62,940 bases of DNA from positions 1-62,940 of the forward strand of contig NW_026783079.1 in NCBI RefSeq assembly GCF_031769215.1, in the 5' to 3' direction. Below are positions 30,102 through 40,215 of this stretch, piece by piece. The DNA is from Ylistrum balloti (taxonomy: Eukaryota). The notes beneath the pieces are model-generated. The model did not search any database. It saw nothing but the letters and a program-made list of their open reading frames with translations, and was not told the DNA's origin. Position numbers and translations under genes: made by a program. Positions within the stretch are counted from its first letter, which is position 1. Every line of letters begins with the position of its first letter.

Positions 30102-30539
30102 TTAAATGTAATACATTGTGTTGTTTTTTTGGCCACTACGTAAGTGTTTTTCTAATTTTTGGTCGATACATGTTGCCAGTGTTATTTGTTCTAATTGTGC
30201 CCAAATATGCTCTTGAGTACAAAAAATATAGTAAGCAAGGCCGTTTCCTTCGATCTGTGTCAGTTTTGTTATTGTTTGGGGCTCTAGTATTTTATACATA
30301 TCTGCAATAGATATATCTTCTGGGCGCAGTTTTAGTCGGTAGCCGCCATGGCTACCTCGTTTGCTTTCAAGTATACCGTGTTCTCTTAAAATAAGAAAAA
30401 TTTGTTCAAGAAAACGTTTAGGAACGTTTGTTTCAAGAGCTATCGTGCGTACTTGAGTAAATTGACGTGGGCGGAGATAGCTTAAAAAGTATAAACCGGC
30501 TAAAGCATATTCAATTTTTTTTGAGAATTTTAATCCCAT
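30102..30539 (-). CDS. Rrf2-family transcriptional regulator (CymR-like; no Fe-S Cys triad)
   Basis: YAL, FLEQIF..LR..G..ESKRGSHGGYRL. Directly upstream of cysK. Confidence 0.85.
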   Translation of the reverse strand: MGLKFSKKIEYALAGLYFLSYLRPRQFTQVRTIALETNVPKRFLEQIFLILREHGILESKRGSHGGYRLKLRPEDISIADMYKILEPQTITKLTQIEGNGLAYYIFCTQEHIWAQLEQITLATCIDQKLEKHLRSGQKNNTMYYI

Positions 30540-30665
30540 AATTTTCTAATATAGTTTCTAATATTAATATAAAATTATTTTTTGCTATAATTGGTATTTT
30601 ATTTTTAATTATGTTCTATGAATTATGAACATAGATCTACTTAATCCTAATTTACGAGGGCAATA

Positions 30666-32474
30666 ATGTCTAGTCTGAAGTTTTCAACGTTTTTTAAGAT
30701 TTTTCAGTTTTTTTATGAATTAGGTATTCAGGATGATACTTCTGTCAAAGATGCAGTGTTTATTAGAAGTATCAACTTTTTTTGTCTGATTACGATTTTT
30801 ACAACAGGTTTATATTTTTGGGTGGCTATAGGGTTACAGCTTTGGATTTTTTGTTTATTTGTAGCGATTTCGTTCATCTTGTTTTTAGGGATCGGAACTC
30901 TTAGCTATCTTGGCCGGCATCGCCAGTTGTTATTTTATTTATCTCTCTCTATCGACTTTGCAGTCTTAGGATGTTGTTTATTAATTGGGACAGAAACATA
31001 TATTTATTATGTACTAATAACGAAAATAGGATTACCTGCTATAGCGTTTAATCAGGTACATATTACGCGTCTTTGTTTTTTGTTAACTGTGACAAGTATC
31101 GTTTTTGTTTTTATAACATTGGGACCTATATCTTATTTAGAACCGGTTTTTTCTTTAACTTTTCAACAGCAATTGATATTTCGTATTGTCTCAATTTCGT
31201 CGATGCTTTTTGGTTTTATAACAATGAGTTTGCAAATTCAATCTGTTTATTATCAAATTATTAATAAGTTACAACGTCTGATTAAGCAGCAAAGTCATAC
31301 GCAGTCAGATTTACGTCAGGCTAAGGAGTTAGCAGAAGCTGCTAATATATCCAAAACGCATTTTTTGGCCAATATGAGTCATGAAATTCGAACCCCACTT
31401 AATTCAATTATTGGTCTTAGTCAAGTACTACTAAAGAAATCTACGCTATCTTCTTCAGATATATCTCAACATCATTTAGAAAGTATCCATGCTAGTGGGA
31501 AGAATCTGATGAAACTATTAAATAATATTTTAGATTTGTCTAAGATTGAAGCAGGGCATATGGAGCTGGTACAGGTGAATTTTCAGCTTGAAGAGTGGTT
31601 GCAAAGTCTGAGTGCTATCTATGGTGCTTCTGCTGAAGTCAAAGGTCTTATTTTTACGCAATTTATTTCTCCTAATGTTCCTCAGCGTATTTATACAGAC
31701 AGAGAAAAGCTAGGTCAAGTTTTATTGAATTTATTAGATAATGCAATTAAATTTACTCCTAGGGGTAAGAAAATTCGTTTAGAGGTTGACTATCAGGAAG
31801 AATTGTTGGCTTTTCATATTATTGATGAAGGTATTGGTATTTCTGAGATAGATCAAAAAAAGATTTTTGAAAAATTTGAACAGTTAGATGGGTCTCCAGG
31901 TCGTCTCTATCCTGGCGTTGGTTTGGGGTTAGCAATTAGTAAACAAATTGTTCATTTATTAGGCGGCTCATTAGACGTAAACAGCACACCTGGAAAAGGT
32001 TCTATTTTTTCTGTCAAGATACCGTTAGCTAATGTCCAAATTGATCATAAGCAAAATCGACTTTTCAAGATGCCAAATCAATTAGATAGTTTTTCAGAAG
32101 ATGCTGTTGTTCTTGTTGTAGAGGATAATCCTACTAATCAGGAAACATTTGTTGCGTTGTTTTCTGCATTAGGCGTTTCTATCCATCTTGCTAGCAATGG
32201 GCAAGAGAGTATCGAGCAGGCAAAAAAACTAACGCCAGATTTAATTTTTATGGATCTTCATATGCCAGGTATGTCTGGTATCGAAGCAATGCAGGAAATT
32301 CGTAAGCAAGAAAGTTGTCAACAAATACCTATTATTATTCTTTCTGCCGACGCTTTTCTTGAAAAACAGGAGAATGCGTTAGCTAAAGGTGCATCAGGTT
32401 ATCTAACAAAGCCGGTTGAATTGCTAAAATTACAGGCTACTCTTGCAACATATTTGCAATCAGGTACAAGCTAG
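30666..32474 (+). CDS. Membrane-bound hybrid histidine kinase (TM-HisKA-HATPase-REC)
   Basis: [38 protein letters not shown]. Confidence 0.92.
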   Translation: MSSLKFSTFFKIFQFFYELGIQDDTSVKDAVFIRSINFFCLITIFTTGLYFWVAIGLQLWIFCLFVAISFILFLGIGTLSYLGRHRQLLFYLSLSIDFAVLGCCLLIGTETYIYYVLITKIGLPAIAFNQVHITRLCFLLTVTSIVFVFITLGPISYLEPVFSLTFQQQLIFRIVSISSMLFGFITMSLQIQSVYYQIINKLQRLIKQQSHTQSDLRQAKELAEAANISKTHFLANMSHEIRTPLNSIIGLSQVLLKKSTLSSSDISQHHLESIHASGKNLMKLLNNILDLSKIEAGHMELVQVNFQLEEWLQSLSAIYGASAEVKGLIFTQFISPNVPQRIYTDREKLGQVLLNLLDNAIKFTPRGKKIRLEVDYQEELLAFHIIDEGIGISEIDQKKIFEKFEQLDGSPGRLYPGVGLGLAISKQIVHLLGGSLDVNSTPGKGSIFSVKIPLANVQIDHKQNRLFKMPNQLDSFSEDAVVLVVEDNPTNQETFVALFSALGVSIHLASNGQESIEQAKKLTPDLIFMDLHMPGMSGIEAMQEIRKQESCQQIPIIILSADAFLEKQENALAKGASGYLTKPVELLKLQATLATYLQSGTS

Positions 32475-32498
32475 TAGTGGTTTTTGTCTAATGTGTTT

Positions 32499-33539
32499 TT
32501 AGGGTGCTGGATTTGGTGTTTTTTGATGAATAGCTTCAATTTTTTGTAAAACTTCTGAAGGTAAACTTAGGTTTATGCTAGCAATATTGGCGCGTAATTG
32601 GTCAAGGGTTGTTGCGCCAATAATTGTTGATGTAACAAAAGGGCGTGAGTTTACATAAGCTAATGCCATTTGAGCGGGGTCGATATGGTATGTTTTTGCA
32701 AGTTCAACATAGGCTTTCGTAGCTTGTTGTGCTTGTTTATTACTATAGCGTTGGTAGTTAGGAAAACATGATAGTCGTGCCTGTTTCGGTTTTTTAGCGG
32801 CTAAATATTTGCCAGATAAAACACCAAAACCTAGTGGTGAATAAGCTAGTAAACCAATCTGTTCTCTTAGGCTTATTTCGGATAAACCTATTTCAAAAGA
32901 TCGATTCAACAAATTGTAAGGGTTTTGGATACTTTGTATACGTTGTAATTGGTTGATTTCTGAAAGTTTGATGTATTGCATCATACCCCAAGGTGTTTCA
33001 TTCGAGATCCCGATATAGCGGACTTTTCCTTGTTGAACTAGCTCGTTTAAACACTCAAGAGTTTCTGTGATTTGAATAGGGGTTTCATCTGCTTGGTGTT
33101 CATAATTGAGTTGACCAAAAAAATTCGTTGTTCTGTCAGGCCAATGGATTTGGTATAGATCAATGTAGTCTGTTTTGAGCCGTTTTAAGCTGCCATCAAT
33201 AGCTTGTAAAATTTGTTTACGGTTAGGGTGTGTTTTCCCATTACGGACCCAAGGCATCCAAGGAGCAGGCCCTAGCACTTTTGTCGCTAGTATAATTTGT
33301 TCTCTTGTTTGTCTCTTTTGTAGCCAGTGTCCAATTATTTCTTCTGTTTGAAACTGTTTTGCTGGAGTGGGGGGGATTGGGTACATTTCCGCAGTGTCAA
33401 TGAAGTTAACACCTTGAGCTAAGGCGTAGTCTAACTGTTGAAATGCCTCTTGTTGTGTATTTTGTTGTCCCCAGGTCATTGTTCCTAAACAAATAACGCT
33501 GACCTGTAGTTTTGTGTTACCTAAACGGCGATATTCCAT
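32499..33539 (-). CDS. tas: NADP(H)-dependent aldo-keto reductase, Tas-like
   Basis: MEYRRLG, CLGTMTWG, DTAEMYP, DLYQIHWPDR, SNETPWG, AYSPLGFG. Confidence 0.85.
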   Translation of the reverse strand: MEYRRLGNTKLQVSVICLGTMTWGQQNTQQEAFQQLDYALAQGVNFIDTAEMYPIPPTPAKQFQTEEIIGHWLQKRQTREQIILATKVLGPAPWMPWVRNGKTHPNRKQILQAIDGSLKRLKTDYIDLYQIHWPDRTTNFFGQLNYEHQADETPIQITETLECLNELVQQGKVRYIGISNETPWGMMQYIKLSEINQLQRIQSIQNPYNLLNRSFEIGLSEISLREQIGLLAYSPLGFGVLSGKYLAAKKPKQARLSCFPNYQRYSNKQAQQATKAYVELAKTYHIDPAQMALAYVNSRPFVTSTIIGATTLDQLRANIASINLSLPSEVLQKIEAIHQKTPNPAP

Positions 33540-33732
33540 AAGCCTAAATATGTTTTTCTAGATAGTTATGACGATGTTTTTTTATCATAGAATTTGTTTT
33601 TAATGAGTCTCGTGTTTTTAATGATCAGCTAAATCTAAATAAAATTAAATACATCTGACATTATAACGTGGTATTCTAGACAGAAATAATTCTCATCTAA
33701 CTCTCAGATACAGCTCAGATTATATCTTTCGT

Positions 33733-34323
33733 ATGTCGAAAAGAAAACAGATTTTAAAGGTAGCTGCAGATCAATTTGCTGCTAAAGGTTTTGAAGGTGC
33801 TTCTTTGCGTTCTATTGCATCAGCAGTTGGTATCCAAGCAGCGTCGATTTTTTACCATTTTCCTGAAGGTAAGGAGCAGTTATATAGTGAGATTATTCAG
33901 CAAGTTATTGATAAAATTACAGAAGATGTGATTCAGTGGCAAAGTCGATCAGATAGTCCTGTAACGACAGTTGTAGAATTGTGTATACGTTTATGGGATT
34001 ATTTTTCCTATCAAGAGGCCGCCGCCGCGGTTATTTTACGTAATACTCTAGAGCCTCAGAATACTCGTAGTAAATGGGCTTTTGAACAGGTCTATCAGAT
34101 AACACAGCTTGCAGAATCTTTTATCGAGGCAGCACAGCAGCGTAAAGAGTTACGACAATTTAGTGCTTCTTCATTTATGTTTTGGGCCTGTAGTTATATT
34201 CTTAGTTTTCATGGTGCAGCCGGTATTCGGGAATCTATTTGGGGTGGCTCTCAGGAAAAAAATAACAAAAGTATCGCTAAAGAGCAGTTTATAACGGAAT
34301 TAACGTATTATCTTACACCTTGA
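33733..34323 (+). CDS. TetR/AcrR-family regulator
   Basis: N-terminal HTH: ILKVAADQFAAKGFEGASLRSIASAVGIQAASIFYHF. Confidence 0.92.
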   Translation: MSKRKQILKVAADQFAAKGFEGASLRSIASAVGIQAASIFYHFPEGKEQLYSEIIQQVIDKITEDVIQWQSRSDSPVTTVVELCIRLWDYFSYQEAAAAVILRNTLEPQNTRSKWAFEQVYQITQLAESFIEAAQQRKELRQFSASSFMFWACSYILSFHGAAGIRESIWGGSQEKNNKSIAKEQFITELTYYLTP

Positions 34324-34333
34324 ATAAAAAAAC

Positions 34334-35209
34334 TTATGTAAAAAGTTGTTGAATATAGTCTTCTGAAAAGCGTTTAATAGCATCTTGTTTTTTCTCTAAG
34401 TCGCCAAGAGGCGGAACGCCATACAGTAGCCAGGGGACTGTAACAACATCTGTAATACCAATATCGCGTTGTGCTTTGTAACCATCTAAACCAAATTGGT
34501 CAATACAAACAGCTTGAATCTCAAATGAATCCTTCTGGCGCCCACGATCGTTGAGCAACGTGTGTAATTTTTCGATGGTTTCTTTTAGCTCTACTAGCGT
34601 CATCATCGCTGACGTCCAGCCATTACCATAGGTTACAGCGCGTTTTAAAGCTGGTAAAGAATGTCCGCCAATATAAATAGGTACGTTCTCTGATGGAGCT
34701 GGGCGCATTTTGATGCGACCAATATCAAAAAAATCACCGTGATATTCAAACCAATCGCCTGTGAGTAGACCTTGAATAATTTCTAAAGATTCATTGACCC
34801 GTTTGCCACGCTGTTTAAATTCTGTACCACACCATTTAAATTCTTCTGGGAGCCAACCAATGCCAGCGCCAAACCCAAAGCGATTCTGACTTAAAACGGC
34901 AAGCGAACCTAATTGTTTTGCCAGTAAAACAGGATTTCGAACACCTACCTTGATGACGCTGCTATAAAAGCGAATATGTGTCGTTGCTGCTGCGAGACTG
35001 GCTGCAGCAATCAGTGGTGACACAAAAGGTGTATCTTCGGTCCACATGCGTTTGCCGTCTGATGTATAAGGGTAGGCGGCAGATACTTCTTCTGAATAAA
35101 AAATAGAATCAGGTAGTGCAATTGATGTAAAACCATATTCTTCAGCGGTTTTAGCAAGCTCAATGTAGTGCTCAGGATTGGTCATTGCTAGTGACATTGT
35201 AAATTTCAT
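34334..35209 (-). CDS. LLM-class, probably F420-dependent oxidoreductase
   Basis: AKTAEEYGF..I.LPD, RNPVLLAKQ, GAGIGWLPEEF, PIYIGGHS.PALKRA. Co-operonic with cofGH. Confidence 0.82.
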   Translation of the reverse strand: MKFTMSLAMTNPEHYIELAKTAEEYGFTSIALPDSIFYSEEVSAAYPYTSDGKRMWTEDTPFVSPLIAAASLAAATTHIRFYSSVIKVGVRNPVLLAKQLGSLAVLSQNRFGFGAGIGWLPEEFKWCGTEFKQRGKRVNESLEIIQGLLTGDWFEYHGDFFDIGRIKMRPAPSENVPIYIGGHSLPALKRAVTYGNGWTSAMMTLVELKETIEKLHTLLNDRGRQKDSFEIQAVCIDQFGLDGYKAQRDIGITDVVTVPWLLYGVPPLGDLEKKQDAIKRFSEDYIQQLFT

Positions 35210-35251
35210 GTTTATTTCACCTCTTGTCTCAATGTATCAATCTTAAATATG

Positions 35252-36523
35252 TTATAGGGCATTTTCAAATTTATATGTAAATGTTTGATCTGTTGTTAAT
35301 TCTTGATAGGACCCAAAAATTTCTTGTGGGTGTTCAAGTTGTGACAGTGGATCTTGCTCTATTTCTTGTTCCTCTAGAACGCGGCTAAATTGACGGTGTA
35401 TTTCGTAGGTCGTACGACGTTCGACTGGAACTCTACCCGCATCACGAATGGCATGACGTAACATTGCTGGTGTCATGAGCTGGCCGTGGCTTGCACCTGC
35501 TGTTGTTGAAATGCTTTCATTCATTAAGGTGCCACCTAGGTCATTGACACCACAATTAAGTAGCCAAGATGCCATCCGTAATCCCTCTTTGACCCAAGAG
35601 GCTTGAATGTTTTTAATCGTAGCCCCCAACATAAGGCGTGCAATGGCATACATTCGAATAATATCATTGCCTGTAGGGCCTGGTTGAACACCTGTAATGT
35701 CTTGTTTTATAAATAGGGGGGCTTCTTGATGGACAAAGGATAAGGGAACGAATTCTGTAAACCCTCCTGTCTGTTTTTGAATATCTCGAAGCAGCGCCAT
35801 ATGCGCAGCACGTTCCTCTTTGGTTTCTACATGACCAAACATCATCGTTGATGTTGTCGGGATACCAAGCTTATGAGCTGTGGTAACAATTTGGATCCAC
35901 TCTTGTGTTGAAATACGACCAGGAGAAATACGTTTGCGCAGTGTATCATTTAAGATTTCTGCAGACGTACCTGGTAGAGAACCAATGCCAGCATCTTTTA
36001 GGGCTGATAAATAGTCGTAAAATGTGCGTTTCGAACGAATGGCACCATACTTTACCTCTTCTGGAGAAAAGGCATGTAAATGCAGTTTAGGTAGGGCTTG
36101 GTGCAACTCACGGCACAAATCAATATAGATTTCTCCGTCAATAGATGGTGCTAAACCTGCTTGTAAGCAGACTTCGGTTGCACCATAGGAGAGGGCTTCT
36201 TGAGCACGGCGAATAATTTCATCTGTCGGTAAAAAATAGCCTTCTTCTGAACGTAAATCTCGAGAAAATGCACAAAATTGACAGGTCTTGATACATACAT
36301 TGGTGAAATTGATATTTCGGTTGACCACATAGCTAACTTGATCTCCACACTGAAGTTCTCTGAGGTAATCTGCTGTTAGTACTAATGCTGTTAACTCAGG
36401 ACCTGTTACTGAAAACAGTGTAGTAGCATCGTCTTGCTTGAGTTCCTTACCTTCTAAGCAATGCTCAAGAATCGTACGGATGTTAGGTGTTATTGTTTGT
36501 AAAACGGATTGTAAATCTGTCAT
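35252..36523 (-). CDS. cofH: FO synthase subunit CofH
   Basis: NRNINFTNVC..TC.FC, LHLHAFSPEE, PGTSAEIL, TSTMMFGHVET, NIQASWVK, NDLGGTLMNESIS. Start taken as ATG 36523, just after the cofG stop. Confidence 0.92.
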   Translation of the reverse strand: MTDLQSVLQTITPNIRTILEHCLEGKELKQDDATTLFSVTGPELTALVLTADYLRELQCGDQVSYVVNRNINFTNVCIKTCQFCAFSRDLRSEEGYFLPTDEIIRRAQEALSYGATEVCLQAGLAPSIDGEIYIDLCRELHQALPKLHLHAFSPEEVKYGAIRSKRTFYDYLSALKDAGIGSLPGTSAEILNDTLRKRISPGRISTQEWIQIVTTAHKLGIPTTSTMMFGHVETKEERAAHMALLRDIQKQTGGFTEFVPLSFVHQEAPLFIKQDITGVQPGPTGNDIIRMYAIARLMLGATIKNIQASWVKEGLRMASWLLNCGVNDLGGTLMNESISTTAGASHGQLMTPAMLRHAIRDAGRVPVERRTTYEIHRQFSRVLEEQEIEQDPLSQLEHPQEIFGSYQELTTDQTFTYKFENAL

Positions 36524-36527
36524 ATCT

Positions 36528-37688
36528 TTAAGCTGCGGGCCTACCCATTTTTTGGGGTGGTACATCGAATAAGGTTTGTAATCGATAGGACTGTTTTTGG
36601 ACGTGTTCATGTAGGCTAGCATCTAACCATGTTGACGTCATATAACGTTCATATATCGGGAGACGTGGTTTAAGAGAAAACCCCATTTCTTGACACAGGT
36701 TACGTAGATGGTCAATCATTGGCCAGGGATGCGTATGATTAATATAATCTGGTGTTACTGGGGAAATACCGCCGAAATCATTAATACCAGCTGCAATTAA
36801 TGTTTGTATCGTGCTGGGATTTAAATTGGGTGGGGCCTGTACACTAATCTCGTCCTCTAAGATGAGGCGCGCAACTGCTACTGTCCAGGCAATATCCTGA
36901 GCATTAGGTTCTGGATATTCAGACATCGGTGTTGTTTCTTTGGCACGAAAGTTTTGGACAATGACCTCTTGAATATGACCGTAAGCACGGTGTAAGTCAC
37001 GAATAGCTAAGAGTGTGTCAATACGTTCCTGACGTGTCTCACCGATACCAATAAGTAAGCCCGATGTGAACGGAATACGTAGTTCTCCTGCTTGTTGTGT
37101 CATGTGTAGCCGGCGATCAGGGTGTTTATCTTTAGCACGATAATGGGGCATGCCTTTGCTGCAAAGTCTTAAGCTAACATTTTCTAGCATTAACCCTAAA
37201 CTAACATTGACTTCGCGTAGCTTCACCATATCGTCTTTTTTTAGGATGCCTGCATTTGTATGGGGCAGGAGGTTATGTGCTAATGCCTCTTTTGCTGACC
37301 AGTAGAGATAGTCAACCGTTGATTCAAACCCCCAGTTATGAAGTAACTTGGCATAGCTTTTAAATGTTGTTTCCGGTGTGTCTCCTAGACAAAGTAGGGC
37401 TTCTATACAGTTGTTTTCTTGTCCTTGTTGCAGGGCTGCTGTGATTTCACTGGGTGTCATTGTCCACTCTCCAACTTGTCCTGGAGAGCGCCGAAAAGAA
37501 CAATAGTCACAAAAGTTACGGCATAAATTTGTTACAGGTAAAAAGACTTTTGGTGAAAAGGTTAGTGTTTTTCCCCAGTAAGCTGTTCTACGTTTAGCTG
37601 CAGCGGTAAACAACTCTACTAAGTGTTTTTCTTTTACACCAGTTAAATCGTAAGCTGTCTCTTTAGAAATAGGACTTGAGAGATCCAT
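36528..37688 (-). CDS. cofG: FO synthase subunit CofG
   Basis: TFSPKVFLPVTNLCRNFCDYC, LPHTNAG, SLGLMLE, HIQEVIVQNFRAK, QAPPNL, NDFGGISP. Confidence 0.92.
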   Translation of the reverse strand: MDLSSPISKETAYDLTGVKEKHLVELFTAAAKRRTAYWGKTLTFSPKVFLPVTNLCRNFCDYCSFRRSPGQVGEWTMTPSEITAALQQGQENNCIEALLCLGDTPETTFKSYAKLLHNWGFESTVDYLYWSAKEALAHNLLPHTNAGILKKDDMVKLREVNVSLGLMLENVSLRLCSKGMPHYRAKDKHPDRRLHMTQQAGELRIPFTSGLLIGIGETRQERIDTLLAIRDLHRAYGHIQEVIVQNFRAKETTPMSEYPEPNAQDIAWTVAVARLILEDEISVQAPPNLNPSTIQTLIAAGINDFGGISPVTPDYINHTHPWPMIDHLRNLCQEMGFSLKPRLPIYERYMTSTWLDASLHEHVQKQSYRLQTLFDVPPQKMGRPAA

Positions 37689-37753
37689 ATTCGGTAAATC
37701 TTTCTAAAAATATCAGGGCAAACAGTAGCGAAGTATTAAGTAACCCTCATATC

Positions 37754-38563
37754 TTACGTATCTTTTTTAACAGATGCATCTGTTAAATTTTGTTCTACAT
37801 TTGCTGCGTCTAAAAATGCAGGACGCTCGCCAGCACCATGGGCAGTAATGCTGGTTCCACTTAGATAGCTGGCAGCATCTGAAGCTAAGTAAAGGCAAAT
37901 GCCTGCAATGTCTTGAGGTAGAGCTAAACGGCCTAGTGGTACAGTTGCAGCGACAGCGGCAATACCGTCTTCATCACCATAATGAAGATGAGATTGTTCT
38001 GTCAAAATCATGCCGGCTGTAATGGCATTGACTCTAACTTTAGGAGCCCATTCTACTGCCAACGATTGTGTTAAATTGAGTAAACCTGCTTTGGCTGCGC
38101 CATAAATTGCTGTACCTGGGGAAGGGCGCGTGCCGCTAACACTAGCGATATTGATAATACTTCCACCGTTTTCCTGTTGTTGCATCAAGGTATTTGCTGC
38201 TTGAGCACAGTAGAGTGGCCCAAGCAAATTTAAGGCAACAATTTTTTCAGAAAACCGTGGCGACATATCATCTGCTAAGGCAAAAGGTGTGCCTCCTGCA
38301 TTATTAATGAGGACATCTAAACGTTCGTAACGGTCTTTTATTTGTTGAATCGCTGATTCTATTTGTTGTGAGTCACGTACGTCCATGGCAATAAACGCTG
38401 CTTGGTTATCGCCAAAACTTGGTAGAGTTTCGGGCTTATTACGGCCGCTAACGATAACCGTTGCACCAGCCTGTAAGAATGCTTCAGCAATACCACGTCC
38501 AACACCTTTTGTACCGCCTGTGACCAAGATAACCTTAGCTGAGAAATCAAAATGGATGGTCAT
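37754..38563 (-). CDS. Short-chain dehydrogenase, resembling the mycobacterial steroid-cluster SDR Rv3549c
   Basis: TGGTKGVG, NNAGG, YGAAKAG, EWAPKVRVNAI, ATVPLGRLA. Confidence 0.85.
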   Translation of the reverse strand: MTIHFDFSAKVILVTGGTKGVGRGIAEAFLQAGATVIVSGRNKPETLPSFGDNQAAFIAMDVRDSQQIESAIQQIKDRYERLDVLINNAGGTPFALADDMSPRFSEKIVALNLLGPLYCAQAANTLMQQQENGGSIINIASVSGTRPSPGTAIYGAAKAGLLNLTQSLAVEWAPKVRVNAITAGMILTEQSHLHYGDEDGIAAVAATVPLGRLALPQDIAGICLYLASDAASYLSGTSITAHGAGERPAFLDAANVEQNLTDASVKKDT

Positions 38564-38570
38564 CGTGATG

Positions 38571-39059
38571 CTACGAGTTTCCTACCGTGTGGTAAGCACG
38601 GCGATAGTAAATAAGTGGTTGTTGCGTATCATCTGCAGCTGCTTCAATAACACGACCAATCGCAATGCAGTGGTCACCTTGAATGATAAGGTCATGAACG
38701 TCACAGGCCAGATAAGCCGCGCAATCAGGGATAATGGGTTGGTCATTTGTCGTTAACTTGCCTGCATACCCATCAAAATCTGGTGTTGGTTCGCGCCCGG
38801 GACGTGCAAAACTATTGGATATCTCTTCCTGTCCATGGGCTAAAATACTAACGGCAAATTGCTGAGATTCTTTTATCATTGATGGCAATCGGTTGGTACT
38901 AGCGAGACAAACAAGGACTAAAGGCGGTTCTAAGGAAAGTGAACTAAAGCTTGAAGCTGTCAGGCCATACATGTTGCCATCTAATTTTGTGCTGACAACT
39001 GTAACTCCTGATGCCCAAGAGGCGAGTGCTTGTTTAAATGCGTCTTGAATGGAAGCCAT
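38571..39059 (-). CDS. hsaB: Flavin reductase (HsaB-like partner of HsaA)
   Basis: FKQALASWASGVTVV, GLTASSFSSLSLEPPLV, GDH, PLIYYR. Confidence 0.7.
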   Translation of the reverse strand: MASIQDAFKQALASWASGVTVVSTKLDGNMYGLTASSFSSLSLEPPLVLVCLASTNRLPSMIKESQQFAVSILAHGQEEISNSFARPGREPTPDFDGYAGKLTTNDQPIIPDCAAYLACDVHDLIIQGDHCIAIGRVIEAAADDTQQPLIYYRRAYHTVGNS

Positions 39060-39065
39060 TGCTGT

Positions 39066-40208
39066 TTAATATCCTTTTAGTGTTGCTAAGCGGTTTTTAT
39101 GCCAGGCAGCATCGCCAAATAGGGTAGCTGCTGCACGAGCCCGTTTAAAGTAAAACCCAATATCATATTCATCTGTCACACCAACACCACCATGCATTTG
39201 GATACCTTCACTGGTAATTCGTTCAAAGGTGTCAGTCATTTTTGCTTTTGCTAGAGAGGCGAAGAGTGCAAGATCTTGATTTTTATTTCCCGCTGCTGCA
39301 GCTGCTGTTAAAACCGCAGATCGTGCTAAGGATAGATCTACAAATAGGCGCGCAGCCCGATGTTGTAATGCCTGAAAGGCTCCAATTGGCTGGTCAAATT
39401 GCTGGCGTTCTTTTAAATAATCCAGTGTTAAATCAAAAGCTGCTTGTGCAGCCCCCAGCATCTCAGCCGATAGTGCAATCGTTGCGAGATCAAAAATAGG
39501 GTCAAGTAGCGTTGCTGCCTCATTTTCTGACCCTAAACGTGCGCTCTCTTTTACGATTATATTTGTACATTCGATGATGGCGGTATTGCGGCCATCAATT
39601 TGGTGCTGCCTGGTTACCTTTAGGCCCGTCTGATCTTTTGGGACAAGAAATAGTGTCAGACCATCGCGGTCTTGAGTCTGGCCACCTGTGCGAAATAACA
39701 TAATATAGGTATCACTTATATGGCCGTCTAAAACGTGTGTTTTACGGCCGTTTAGCGTGTAGGTATCCCCTTCACGTTTGGCAGTCGCCTCAATATGGTA
39801 GCGATTATAGTGACTTTCTTGTTCTTGGTGGGCAAGGGTTATGATCAGGTTGCCGGTAGCAAGTTTTGGCAGGAATTCTTGACACAGCGTTTTATTGCCA
39901 GCCATTTTTAAGAGTTCCGTTGCTAGAATAGTCGTTGATAAAAGGGGCTCTGGCATTAATTTACTACCAGTCGCTTCTAAGAGTAAGCAAACTTCAAAAA
40001 AACTTAAATCTGCGCCACCATAGGTTTCCGGAATTGCCAGTCCTAAAAAGCCTAACTCTGCTAATTGTTGCCAAAGTTTTGGGTCATAGCCTGGTAAACT
40101 GCGGTCGTCACGGTAACGTCGTAGCGCCTCAATATCTACTTGCTCTTGAACAATTTTGGTGATGGTTTCAACAAGTAATTTTTGTTCTGTTGTTAATATC
40201 GTGTTCAT
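39066..40208 (-). CDS. Acyl-CoA dehydrogenase (likely beta subunit of a heteromeric pair)
   Basis: WQQLAELG, YLKERQQFDQPIGAFQALQHR, QMHGGVGVTDEY. Confidence 0.88.
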   Translation of the reverse strand: MNTILTTEQKLLVETITKIVQEQVDIEALRRYRDDRSLPGYDPKLWQQLAELGFLGLAIPETYGGADLSFFEVCLLLEATGSKLMPEPLLSTTILATELLKMAGNKTLCQEFLPKLATGNLIITLAHQEQESHYNRYHIEATAKREGDTYTLNGRKTHVLDGHISDTYIMLFRTGGQTQDRDGLTLFLVPKDQTGLKVTRQHQIDGRNTAIIECTNIIVKESARLGSENEAATLLDPIFDLATIALSAEMLGAAQAAFDLTLDYLKERQQFDQPIGAFQALQHRAARLFVDLSLARSAVLTAAAAAGNKNQDLALFASLAKAKMTDTFERITSEGIQMHGGVGVTDEYDIGFYFKRARAAATLFGDAAWHKNRLATLKGY

Positions 40209-40215
40209 ATGACAT

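Noticed and set aside
36524-36622. Long cofG/cofH overlap implied by the ORF track
   Set aside because: An in-frame ATG at 36523 just after the cofG stop gives a normal CofH, so the extension is likely spurious.
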